A DNA stretch of 42,064 bases from Candidatus Parcubacteria bacterium (GCA_002869205.1 PKTJ01000043.1:1-42064), one strand, 5' to 3'. Positions 20,211-29,710 are shown, counted from the stretch's first letter. Notes: a model not told the origin generated them from the letters alone. A program made the numbers and translations.

Positions 20211-20389
20211 ATTACTTTTTTAGAAAAAGTAATCAAAAATCGCGAGCTATCAAATTGTTCAGAGAATTTAGGACTCGTCGTCACTCAAGTTGTGAACTCG
20301 CTCGCTTTTGGCTCGCTCAAATAACACAACTTGTCCTGCGGAACGTTCCTCCTTGTTTCTAAATTCAACTTCACAATTTGAAGGCTCGC
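20211..20389. repeat. Long nested-hairpin element upstream of gap (structured repeat or ncRNA candidate)
   Basis: attactttt/aaaagtaat hairpin, then nested stems gcgagctatcaaattgt/acaatttgaaggctcgc, gaatttag/ctaaattc and caagttgtg/cacaacttg around a CTCGCTC-repeat loop. Confidence 0.6.
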
Positions 20390-20521
20390 ATTTGTGAGTT
20401 TTATTATTTTTTATTGAGTTTCTCCCCGGACCCCCTTTGGTTATTCTGATTCATTCTCGGGTCTGGAAACCAGGGCTCTTTTTTGATACACTATAACTGT
20501 TATTTAATAATATATTTATAT

Positions 20522-21529
20522 ATGTCAAAAATCAAAGTAGCGATTAATGGATTTGGGAGGATTGGGCGTCATGCGTTCAAGATTGCAAAAGAGAACAAAC
20601 ACCTCGAAGTGGTGGCAATTAATGATCTTACAGATAATAAGTCTCTCGCACATTTGCTTAAATATGATACTGCGTATCCTGACACAGGGTATGAGGTTGG
20701 GTATGATGATGACCATCTGATTGTGGATGGTAAAAAGGTAAATGCATATTCAGAAAAAGATCCAAGTCAGCTTCCATGGAAAGACCTTGAGGTTGATGTG
20801 GTGATTGAATCTACCGGTGTATTTCGAACACGAGAGAAAGCCGGTTTGCATTTGGAAGCAGGAGCCAAAAAAGTCGTGTTGTCAGCACCAGGAAAAGGTG
20901 AAGGTATAGAGACATTTGTGAGAGGATTAAATTGTGAAAGTTATAAAGAAAGTAAGGCAGAAGTCATTGATAATGCATCTTGTACTACCAATTGTACCGC
21001 TCCCGTTATGCGTGTGATGGAGGATAGTTTTGGTATTGAAAAGGCAATGCTTACGACAATTCATTCATACACTGCTGACCAAAATATCCAAGACGGTCCA
21101 CACAAAGATCTTCGTCGTGCCAGAGCCGCTGCACAAAATATGGTACCGACTTCTACAGGTGCCGCTGTTGCTACAACCAAGGTGGTGAAAGAGGTCGAAG
21201 GAGTGTTTGATGGAATTGCGGTTCGTGTACCAACCATTACTGTTTCACTTGTAGACTTTAGTCTCGTGCTCAAAAAAGATGTAACAGTAGAAGAAGTAAA
21301 TGAAGCGCTTTCTAAAGCATCAAAAGGTTATCTCAAGGGAATCCTCGATGTCACAAACGAGCCGCTTGTATCCTCTGACTTCATTGGTAATGCATATTCA
21401 TCCATTGCAGACCTCGGAATGACTAAGGTCGTTGGTGGAAATTTGGTAAAAATTATTTCTTGGTATGATAATGAGTGGGGGTATGCGAACAGACTTGTGG
21501 AGATGGTAGAGATCGTCGGTAAGAGCTAG
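20522..21529 (+). CDS. gap: Type I glyceraldehyde-3-phosphate dehydrogenase
   Basis: VAINGFGRIGR, catalytic ASCTTNC, HKDLRRARAA and WYDNEWGY. ATG 20522 is preferred over TTG 20483. Confidence 0.98.
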   Translation: MSKIKVAINGFGRIGRHAFKIAKENKHLEVVAINDLTDNKSLAHLLKYDTAYPDTGYEVGYDDDHLIVDGKKVNAYSEKDPSQLPWKDLEVDVVIESTGVFRTREKAGLHLEAGAKKVVLSAPGKGEGIETFVRGLNCESYKESKAEVIDNASCTTNCTAPVMRVMEDSFGIEKAMLTTIHSYTADQNIQDGPHKDLRRARAAAQNMVPTSTGAAVATTKVVKEVEGVFDGIAVRVPTITVSLVDFSLVLKKDVTVEEVNEALSKASKGYLKGILDVTNEPLVSSDFIGNAYSSIADLGMTKVVGGNLVKIISWYDNEWGYANRLVEMVEIVGKS

Positions 21530-22053
21530 ATCCTGATTTCCGGATAATCCAGATTGACGGATATTGTGATTCAGATTTACAGATAAATTGTGGGGTTAAT
21601 TTATAATTTCCTATGTATGGAAAAGAAAAATTACTCTACAAAGATTTAACGTACAAAATTAGAGGAATTTTATTTAAAATTCATAATGACTTAGGAAGAT
21701 TTTGTAATGAAAAGCAGTATGGAGATGCTTTTGAGCAAGGTCTTACAGACGAAGGAATTGAATATGAGAGAGAAAAGATACTACATATTAGTTTTGTTGG
21801 AGAGAAAAAAGGACGAAATAGGATCGATTTTCTTATAGAAGACAAAATAATAATTGAGCTGAAATGTGTAAGTTGTTTAGGTCGTGGAGACTATCACCAG
21901 TGTCAGAGATATTTGAAAAGTAGTGGTCTTGATTTAGCTTTATTGGTTAATTTTAGACCTAGATATCTATTAATTAGAAGAATTTTAAATTATCAAAAAC
22001 ATAATAAGGAAGATGGCAATCCGTAGATCTGGATTATCCGGAAATCCGAATCT
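21528..22053. mobile_element. Putative GxxExxY nuclease cassette bounded by ~35-bp inverted repeats
   Basis: Left arm 21528-21562 and the reverse complement of the right arm 22019-22053 match at 31 of 35 positions, with a perfect 20-bp core gatttccggataatccagat. Mobility is inferred, not shown. Confidence 0.55.
21613..22026 (+). CDS. GxxExxY protein (PD-(D/E)XK nuclease-like)
   Basis: 137 aa with TYKIRG...HNDLGRFCNEKQY (GxxxExxY), RIDFLIEDKIIIELK, Q...YL and ALLVNF, all family hallmarks. Confidence 0.93.
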   Translation: MYGKEKLLYKDLTYKIRGILFKIHNDLGRFCNEKQYGDAFEQGLTDEGIEYEREKILHISFVGEKKGRNRIDFLIEDKIIIELKCVSCLGRGDYHQCQRYLKSSGLDLALLVNFRPRYLLIRRILNYQKHNKEDGNP

Positions 22054-22065
22054 CAAAGTATCCCT

Positions 22066-23268
22066 ATGAAAACCATAAAACAAATTCGTAATCTCAAAGG
22101 CAAAAATGTGCTTGTGCGTGTAGATTTTAACGTGCCGATAAAACGTGGCAAGGTGCTTGACGATACACGACTTCATGCATCGCTTCCTACGATTGAGTAT
22201 CTCATGAAGAAAAAAGCAAAAGTTATTTTGGTTACGCATATTGGACGCCCTGGTGGAAAGGTTGTTGCCAGTTTGAAAGTTGATCTGGTGGTAAAAAGAT
22301 TATCCGAGTTACTCAAGAAAAAAGTTACGAAACTTGAAACAGAAAATTGGCGTTTGAGTGACAAAAAGAAAATGAATCTTTTGAAAAAGATAGACAAAAT
22401 GCGTCCAGGACAGGTCGCTCTGATGGAAAATATTCGTTTTTCACAAGATGAGAAAAAAGATACTGGTACACTGAGTCAAGAACTTGCTAACTTGGTAGAT
22501 TACTTTGTACTTGATGGTTTCGCAGTGGCGCATAGACCATCTGCTTCGGTCGTAGGCGTAGCACAATATGTACCGAGTTATGCTGGTTTGCTTTTAGAAA
22601 GTGAGATCAAAGGTCTGGAGAAGGTTTTGCAAAAACCAAAGGCCCCTTTTGTCGTGGTGCTTGGTGGTGCAAAGATGGAGACTAAAGTTCCTGTTATGAA
22701 AAAGCTTGTTCCGTTGTGTGACTTTATGCTTATTGGTGGCGGAGTTCTCAATACATATCTCAAGGCAAGGGGGTACGGTGTAGGAAGTTCGCTTATTGAT
22801 ATGACATTCAAAAAAGAAGCTCTGAATTATGGAAAAAGGAAAAAAGTAATCAAGCCGGTAGATGTAGTTGTAGGTTCTCGCGATGGAAAGAGTTATCGTT
22901 TGGTTGCACTCAAGAAAACTCCACATAAAATCTGTAAAAAAGGTGAAGAAATACTTGATATTGGACCACATTCTATCAATTTATATTCACAATTTATCAA
23001 AGAGGCTGAAACATTGGTATGGAATGGTGCTATTGGATATTTTGAACAAAAACCATACGATATAGGGACTTTGTCAGTGGCACGTCTTGTTGCTGGTCGA
23101 TCAAAAGGTCAGGCCTATGGTGTGATAGGTGGGGGAGAGACTCTGCAGTCTATGGATATGGTTGGAATGACTGAATTTGTAGATCTTGTTTCTACTGGCG
23201 GTGGTGCCATGCTTGAGTTTCTTTCAGGCAAAAGATTGCCAGGTATAGATGTGGTGTGTAAAAAATGA
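22066..23268 (+). CDS. pgk: Phosphoglycerate kinase
   Basis: VRVDFNVP, HIGRP, MENIRF, LGGAK, DIGP, WNG, GGGET and STGGGAMLEFL motifs. Confidence 0.98.
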   Translation: MKTIKQIRNLKGKNVLVRVDFNVPIKRGKVLDDTRLHASLPTIEYLMKKKAKVILVTHIGRPGGKVVASLKVDLVVKRLSELLKKKVTKLETENWRLSDKKKMNLLKKIDKMRPGQVALMENIRFSQDEKKDTGTLSQELANLVDYFVLDGFAVAHRPSASVVGVAQYVPSYAGLLLESEIKGLEKVLQKPKAPFVVVLGGAKMETKVPVMKKLVPLCDFMLIGGGVLNTYLKARGYGVGSSLIDMTFKKEALNYGKRKKVIKPVDVVVGSRDGKSYRLVALKKTPHKICKKGEEILDIGPHSINLYSQFIKEAETLVWNGAIGYFEQKPYDIGTLSVARLVAGRSKGQAYGVIGGGETLQSMDMVGMTEFVDLVSTGGGAMLEFLSGKRLPGIDVVCKK

Positions 23269-23288
23269 TTCTATCCCCATATTAAGCG

Positions 23289-23319
23289 AAAAATCCTCTA
23301 CAATATGTAGGGGATTTTT
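23289..23319 (+). terminator. Intrinsic terminator
   Basis: aaaaatcctctaca-ata-tgtaggggattttt, followed directly by TGaTATACT (23319-23327), a candidate promoter for the next gene. Confidence 0.75.
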
Positions 23320-23357
23320 GATATACTTAAGCCATATTTATTATAATTTTTTTATCT

Positions 23358-26300
23358 ATGTCTTTTTCTATAAAAGATAGAGTTTATCATATCACCAGAG
23401 AATACGTTTATTTAGGTATTGCTGTACTTTTTCTGGGTATTGCTGGTGTGATGGTGCCACAGCTCTATGATGGTTATGTAGATGATGTGATGGCCGAGAC
23501 CACGTTTAGTGCGGCAGCCACGATATCAGAAGAGGCACTCAGTCATCGAAACATTTTGAAATTACAGAAGATAAATGGTGTTTATTATACATCTTATTTG
23601 ACACCAGCTTTGGGTGGTGGTTTAGGGGATATTACCATAGCCACTTCTACTGATGGTGTGAATTGGGGTTTTCCGTATGATGCCGTTTCTGGGACATCTC
23701 CTAAAGATTATGGTTTTGGCTATTATGAACAAGGTGGTTATTTTTATGCAGTTTTTTCTGATTATAATTATGGTAATTATAACACCACAGAGATAGTATT
23801 CACTACGTCATCAGATGCTATCACGTGGTCTGCCACCTCGACTGTATTTGACCTGCCGATAAATGGATTTAATCCTGATATTTTTTCATCGATGGTTTCT
23901 TCAAGTAATTATTTGTCTTTTGCCTATTATGATGATGATGTCATAGCTTTTGTCGTGGCTACATCGACGGATGGTTCGAGTTGGTCTACATCTACCATTG
24001 CAAGTGATATTTTTGGTGCAGAAGGTTTTGCTGTAGATGGTAATGGTACAATGCATGCATTGTATACCGTTCCTTCTGATGAAAATTTTGATCAGAATAC
24101 ACAAGTACATTTGTATTATGCAAGTTCGACGGATGATGGTAACACATGGACGAGCAGTGTGATTGATAGAGTCGACTATCAAAGTTATGTCACCGAAATT
24201 ATTGGATCAATAGCCGTAGATAATAGTGGTAATCCGGGTATTGCATATTATACTTCGGATGAAATTAGTGATTTTGTCTGGACACAAGATGGTGATGAGT
24301 GGAGTTGGGCAGGAGATGGTACCGTGACTACTTCATTGAAGTATGCTAAATATGCAGATTCTGATTGGTCTTCGTCTACTATAGCAACAATTCCTTTATC
24401 GATTGTGAGTACGACGGATGGTTTGAGTATGAGACCGAGTTTGACATTCAATGAAGATAATGAGGCTATATTTGCTGGTGCTTGGACAAGTTTTTATCCA
24501 AATTTATTCGTCAATACTGATGCTGCAGACACCTCTCAATTTGATACGACTCAAATAGATAATAAATCGCTCGTAAATCTTCCCTCAAATAATGTTGGAT
24601 TAAGTTTATTTTATAATACGAGCACGGATGATGTTGTATTCGTGTATAGTGCCGATGATGGATCAGGGAGTGATATGGATCTGTTTTTTGTCACGAGCTC
24701 GGTACTTACTGTAGAAACAGTGCTAGACCCTCCTAGTAATCTCGCTGTTACTCCTTCTGATACGGACCAGATAAATGTGTCATGGGATGCCGTATCTGGT
24801 GCGACGAGCTATGTATTATACCGAGATACAAATAGTGGTTTTACAGACACAACTACAGTGACAACAACTGCTTCTACAAGTTATAGTGATACAGGACTGG
24901 TGTATGGCACAACGTATTATTATAAAGTAGCGACCGTCAATGGCGCGGGAACGGGGACACCGTCTGCATCAGTGAACACATCTACAGTTGCGTGGGATGG
25001 AAGTTTGAGTACGGTACTTAGTGTGGATACTAATTCATTTACACGATTAATATACGCGAATTCACAATACTATTATTTTTATACTAATTCTCCTGACAGT
25101 GATTATAACATTTATTTGACAACGTCGACAGATGGTACGGACGAGAGCTGGAGTGAGCCAAATGAAATAGTGAGTACGATCAAATCTATTACAGACCCTG
25201 TTAAGCCTATATACGATATACTTTACGATAGCACAGATGATTATTTTGGCTTGACATACTATGTATCTTCTACAGGTGTAATGGCTTTTACAACTTCAAG
25301 TGATGGTGTCACATGGGCAACCAATGTGCCAATATATACTGAGTTGGTTGCTGATAATGTATTTATGAATAATCTGAGTATTTCAGATGGTACGAGCTAT
25401 ATAGCTGTTGGATATGGGGTGAATGAAGTTGCATACTCGAGTGATACTGGTGCCACGTGGTCAACATCGAGTCTAGGCTTGTCTGGGGACAGCTCATCCT
25501 TGATAAATATAGAGATAGATAGTAGTGGATATTTACACGCTGCTTATATTGATGAGAGCACTCCGGCTTTTGTGTATACATCCTCTACAGACAATGGTGA
25601 TACATGGTCTTCAAGCACAATTTACACTGCTTCTAATTATGATTTTGGTCATGACAAATTTATGTTGGATGGAAATGAAAGACCTGCTTTATTATTCGGA
25701 GATAGGACGAGTGGTAGCTATGAGACAGCGACAGGTAACATGTATTTTAGCGTCTTAGAGGATGGTGCCTGGTCAGAGGGTTTGATTAGAGAGATCGATT
25801 TTCCCTATACGACAGATAGTGAATTGGCTTTTTCTGATTTGAATTTTTACGGAGCACGACCGTATATGGTTTATGTGGGTGAAAGTAGTTATCCTGACTT
25901 TGCTTATAGTACGAGTACCGCTGATCCATTTACGATGAATGTTTCAGAAAATTACGGCTCAAATGGTGAGGTGGTAGGTGAACAGGGGAAAATGTCTATG
26001 GCCTATGACAGTAGTAATACGACCGTGGCAGTAGCTTATGTGAATAGTAGTGGTGAGCTGAAATTTGTCACCAGCTCTATGGATCTCGTCACCTATACTC
26101 CTGGTACTCCAACTGCAGTTGCTACGAGTGACACTACTATGACGGTTACGTGGTCAGCAAATTCAAATCTGTCTGGCACAACGTATGAATTATACAATGT
26201 TACAGATTCAGAAGTGATAGACACGACTACAGAAGTATCTTATTCGGTTACTGGCCTTACAGCTGAAACAAGCTATCAGTTTAAGGTAAGAGCACAATAT

Positions 26301-27854
26301 GTATCAGATGATAGTTTGTATACAGATTATTCTGCCAACTCTACTGCAGTGTCTACAGATGCAGCCGATGAAGAAGAGGAAGAATCAACACCAGTAACGT
26401 CAGGCGGAGGTTCTTCGCCAGCACCATCACCTCCGCCAGCACCAAGCACAGCAGCTCCTGCGTCTGTGAGTGTAGTGGTTACGCCAAATGCACCACAGGC
26501 GGTCTCTGTGGGGAATGCTTCACATACGGTGACAGCATCAGCACCAGGTGCTGATGGAGCGGTGACTATTCTTATTCAGTCAGATCCTGTAACCATTATT
26601 CTTAAGCCTGGTGAAGAAGAATTAATTGATACGGATAGTAATTTTGAAGATGATTTGTTCGTGAGACTCGATTCCGTGGATGGAGACAATGTAAGTCTTA
26701 CAATTGCTGCGATAGATGATTTGGAATTTAGTATTAACAAAGCTCTTTCTACGACAGATTCGCGAAATGTAAAACTGTACTTCAATTCACCAGAAGCTAC
26801 TCAAATGGCAATCTCAGATTCAAGTGATTTTTCTGGAGTTTCATTTCAATCATACAAAGACGAGGCTTCATGGATATTGACTAAGGGTAATGGTACGAAG
26901 ACTATCTATGTGAGATTTCGAACAGCTGCCGGTGGTACACGAACGGTTACTGACACTATTGTATTAGAAGGCCAGGATACAGATCAGGTAGAACAGGGAA
27001 ATGAGTGTGGTTTAACTTCACAAAAAGCATATAAATACGCAAGTTCACCATCTGTGTATTATGTCACTGATGACTGTACGAAGCGCGCTTTTTCACGATC
27101 AGATATTTTCTTCACCTATTTTGATTCATGGAATGATGTACACCTAACAACCAAATCTAAATTAGATGCTATTTCTAATGACACTCTTGGTTTTATGCCT
27201 CTTGGGCCAAATTATGATCCAAAGTATGGGGCATTGGTAAAAGTGGTATCATCTCCTCGAGTATACTTATTACTTGGTACTGAAAAATATTGGATTACAT
27301 CACCAGATGTGTTTACGTCGCTTAATTATGCTTGGGGATGGATAGAAGATGTAGATGAAAGGCTCCTTGAAAAATATACAACTGGATCAGAAATCACCTA
27401 TACAGACCATCATCCAAACTATACACTCGTGAAATACGAGAATGATTCAAAGATCTACAGACTTGAGCCTCAGGGAGATAGACAGGTTAAACGTTGGATT
27501 GCAGGGGAAGATGCATTTAATTCTCTCAATTTCCGTTGGGATCGAATCGTTACTATTTCTGAGGAAGAGGTGTATGATACAGGAGAAGAATTAAGCAGTG
27601 CCTCAAGTCAAGTTCAATCAAGTGGCTCGTACATGTTTAGCTCGTTCTTATCTTTTGGGGATAGTGGTGAAGAGGTTAAGCAGCTTCAGCTTAAACTGCA
27701 AGAATTAAATTATTTATCACAAGACATTGAGGTAAATAGTCATTTTGGGCCATCCACAAAAGAGGCTGTTATGAAGTTGCAGCAAGAACATAATCTTACT
27801 CCAGCACAAGGGTATGTAGGTCCTGGAACAAGAGCTGTCTTGAATAGTCTTTAA
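23358..27854 (+). CDS. Giant exported surface protein, class A: two Asp-box (sialidase-like) propeller regions, FN3, triple C-terminal repeat, peptidoglycan-binding domain
   Basis: 1498 aa. Asp-boxes STDGVNW, STDGSSW, STDDGNTW, SSDGVTW, SSDTGATW and STDNGDTW; FN3 (DTGLVYGTTYYYKV, VTGLTAETSYQFKVRA); C-terminal LSFGDSGEEVKQLQ..FGPSTKEAV..Q..GYVGPGTRAVLN (PG_binding_1-like). Confidence 0.87.
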   Translation: MSFSIKDRVYHITREYVYLGIAVLFLGIAGVMVPQLYDGYVDDVMAETTFSAAATISEEALSHRNILKLQKINGVYYTSYLTPALGGGLGDITIATSTDGVNWGFPYDAVSGTSPKDYGFGYYEQGGYFYAVFSDYNYGNYNTTEIVFTTSSDAITWSATSTVFDLPINGFNPDIFSSMVSSSNYLSFAYYDDDVIAFVVATSTDGSSWSTSTIASDIFGAEGFAVDGNGTMHALYTVPSDENFDQNTQVHLYYASSTDDGNTWTSSVIDRVDYQSYVTEIIGSIAVDNSGNPGIAYYTSDEISDFVWTQDGDEWSWAGDGTVTTSLKYAKYADSDWSSSTIATIPLSIVSTTDGLSMRPSLTFNEDNEAIFAGAWTSFYPNLFVNTDAADTSQFDTTQIDNKSLVNLPSNNVGLSLFYNTSTDDVVFVYSADDGSGSDMDLFFVTSSVLTVETVLDPPSNLAVTPSDTDQINVSWDAVSGATSYVLYRDTNSGFTDTTTVTTTASTSYSDTGLVYGTTYYYKVATVNGAGTGTPSASVNTSTVAWDGSLSTVLSVDTNSFTRLIYANSQYYYFYTNSPDSDYNIYLTTSTDGTDESWSEPNEIVSTIKSITDPVKPIYDILYDSTDDYFGLTYYVSSTGVMAFTTSSDGVTWATNVPIYTELVADNVFMNNLSISDGTSYIAVGYGVNEVAYSSDTGATWSTSSLGLSGDSSSLINIEIDSSGYLHAAYIDESTPAFVYTSSTDNGDTWSSSTIYTASNYDFGHDKFMLDGNERPALLFGDRTSGSYETATGNMYFSVLEDGAWSEGLIREIDFPYTTDSELAFSDLNFYGARPYMVYVGESSYPDFAYSTSTADPFTMNVSENYGSNGEVVGEQGKMSMAYDSSNTTVAVAYVNSSGELKFVTSSMDLVTYTPGTPTAVATSDTTMTVTWSANSNLSGTTYELYNVTDSEVIDTTTEVSYSVTGLTAETSYQFKVRAQYVSDDSLYTDYSANSTAVSTDAADEEEEESTPVTSGGGSSPAPSPPPAPSTAAPASVSVVVTPNAPQAVSVGNASHTVTASAPGADGAVTILIQSDPVTIILKPGEEELIDTDSNFEDDLFVRLDSVDGDNVSLTIAAIDDLEFSINKALSTTDSRNVKLYFNSPEATQMAISDSSDFSGVSFQSYKDEASWILTKGNGTKTIYVRFRTAAGGTRTVTDTIVLEGQDTDQVEQGNECGLTSQKAYKYASSPSVYYVTDDCTKRAFSRSDIFFTYFDSWNDVHLTTKSKLDAISNDTLGFMPLGPNYDPKYGALVKVVSSPRVYLLLGTEKYWITSPDVFTSLNYAWGWIEDVDERLLEKYTTGSEITYTDHHPNYTLVKYENDSKIYRLEPQGDRQVKRWIAGEDAFNSLNFRWDRIVTISEEEVYDTGEELSSASSQVQSSGSYMFSSFLSFGDSGEEVKQLQLKLQELNYLSQDIEVNSHFGPSTKEAVMKLQQEHNLTPAQGYVGPGTRAVLNSL

Positions 27855-27872
27855 TTAATATCACTTTTTGAG

Positions 27873-27899
27873 AAAGTAGGTACGTTGTGCCTACTTTTT
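27873..27899 (+). terminator. Intrinsic terminator
   Basis: aaagtaggtac-gtt-gtgcctactttt. Confidence 0.7.
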
Positions 27900-27978
27900 G
27901 TTTGGTAGTTTGATCAAAAATATGGTACAATAAAATAAGTTTCTACTTTATAACTTTCTACTTTTAACTAAAAATATT

Positions 27979-28893
27979 ATGCCTGTCAAAAAAGCAGCTG
28001 GAACTGGCGCGCGCCGTCCCAAAAAACCTATCGCCTCACCTCCTCTAGGGAGTGAGAAAATGGATGATGTGAGAAAACTTTGTCATCCTCATGCACATAT
28101 GTCACATTTACATCGCACACATACACCATGTTGTGGTGGTTTTGCAAAGAAATTACTTGTGACATTTGTTGGAATCTTACTTGTGTATATGATTGTGTAT
28201 GTTGGCACCTTAATTCGTAATGAAATAAAAGCATACGATTATATCGGTATGTCTGATCGAATGGAACGTACTATTATGGTAGATGCTGTTGGAACTGTAG
28301 AGGTAAAACCAGATGTGGCAACGCTTCGTATGGGTGTGACTACCCAGGCTGACACAGTACAAAATGCTCAAACTGAAAATACTGAAAAAATGAATGCCCT
28401 GCATTTACGTATCGAGGCGCTCGGAATTTCTAGAGATGATGTAAAAACTACAAATTACGATGTATATCCACAGTATGATTGGACTGCTGAGGAAGGAAGT
28501 GAACTGGCAGGTTATGAAGTGAGTCAAAGTGTGATGATAAAAATGAAAGATACTGATGTGGCTGAAAAAGTGCTTGCACTCGCGGGAGAGCTTGGTATTA
28601 CTGATGTTGGTCAGCTTGAATATATTGTCGATGATCGAGAGGTATATCTTGCAGAGGCTCGCAAAGATGCACTCAAAAAAATCGCTGATAAAGCCGCAGT
28701 TCTTTCAAGGTCACTCGGTGTACGGTTTGTGAGTATTGCAAGTTATGATGAATATGAGGCTGGTGGAAATGATTATGGAATGGGGCGTATGTTTGCAGAA
28801 GTAGGATTTGGCGGCGGATCTCCCGAACCTGTTCTTGAAGAAGGCTTAAATGAGATTAGTCTCAATGTGACTGTCTCATTTGAGATTAGATAA
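27979..28893 (+). CDS. SIMPL (DUF541) domain protein with an N-terminal membrane anchor
   Basis: TM segment, then GTVEVKPDVATLRMGV, DVKTTNYDVYPQYDW, AEARKDAL..A and a terminal VTVSFEI, all typical of SIMPL. Confidence 0.9.
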   Translation: MPVKKAAGTGARRPKKPIASPPLGSEKMDDVRKLCHPHAHMSHLHRTHTPCCGGFAKKLLVTFVGILLVYMIVYVGTLIRNEIKAYDYIGMSDRMERTIMVDAVGTVEVKPDVATLRMGVTTQADTVQNAQTENTEKMNALHLRIEALGISRDDVKTTNYDVYPQYDWTAEEGSELAGYEVSQSVMIKMKDTDVAEKVLALAGELGITDVGQLEYIVDDREVYLAEARKDALKKIADKAAVLSRSLGVRFVSIASYDEYEAGGNDYGMGRMFAEVGFGGGSPEPVLEEGLNEISLNVTVSFEIR

Positions 28894-28910
28894 TAGTAGA
28901 TAACTTTTAT

Positions 28911-28942
28911 AAAAAATGACCTTTACAGTGGGTCATTTTTTT
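28911..28942 (+). terminator. Intrinsic terminator
   Basis: aaaaaatgacct...gggtcattttttt. Confidence 0.7.
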
Positions 28943-28981
28943 ATTATAATATATTATATATAATATATTTAATATTTTTCT

Positions 28982-29695
28982 ATGGGAGAAATACCAATTC
29001 CAGAAGAGGTATTACGCGAACAACGTGGTACGGATCGTGTAGGTGATACGCTAAAACAAGGTACAGGAGCTGAAATAGAAGGTGTAAAAGATGGTAGTCT
29101 CCGTGAAGGTGATGAACTTTCTTATACAACACGTGCAGGTAACGAAATCGATGTACGTGTAAAAGGCGGATCAGAAGATCCCGTAGATAAAAAAGGATTA
29201 CAATTTGAGCATATACCAAAAGAGGGAGAAGAAAAATTACCTGATTTTGCTATTACAGGTAGACAAACAGAGCAGGGTCAGTCTGGTGTATCTCAATCAG
29301 AAGGAACGCCTATTGATTCAACAGGTTCTGGTTCAGTAGAACAGCCTGTTGATTCTGTAAAAAGCTCCGAATTTCCAAATACAGAGAACTTTGGGCATAA
29401 AGCAACTGACGCAGAATTGGATAAATTTCACAAAGGGTTTGGTTCAGGAAATGATGACTATGAAAGTCTACAAAGACAGGCAGAAGCTGTTCAAATAGAA
29501 GGTTTGAAAGGAGAAATTGCACAAATGCCAGAAAATAATGTGGGTAGGCAAGCTACGCCAGATGATGCGTCTCAATTTTATAAAGGACTTGCATCTCAAG
29601 ATGATGATAAATTACAGGTGGAGAGGCAAATTGGTGGGGTTGAGCCACCAAATCAAGATGAAAATCAAGATGAAAATCTTTCCCTGGCAGCCTAA
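28982..29695 (+). CDS. Hypothetical acidic, probably disordered protein with an ssrA-like C-terminus
   Basis: 237 aa, rich in E/D/G/Q, no TM. Two internal repeats; ends NQDENQDENLSLAA. Confidence 0.75.
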   Translation: MGEIPIPEEVLREQRGTDRVGDTLKQGTGAEIEGVKDGSLREGDELSYTTRAGNEIDVRVKGGSEDPVDKKGLQFEHIPKEGEEKLPDFAITGRQTEQGQSGVSQSEGTPIDSTGSGSVEQPVDSVKSSEFPNTENFGHKATDAELDKFHKGFGSGNDDYESLQRQAEAVQIEGLKGEIAQMPENNVGRQATPDDASQFYKGLASQDDDKLQVERQIGGVEPPNQDENQDENLSLAA

Positions 29696-29710
29696 GATAA
29701 TTATGTATTT

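Noticed and set aside
21528-21590. CRISPR array suggested by periodic GAT repeats
   Set aside because: Units are 7-9 nt with no unique spacers, and there are no cas genes in the window.
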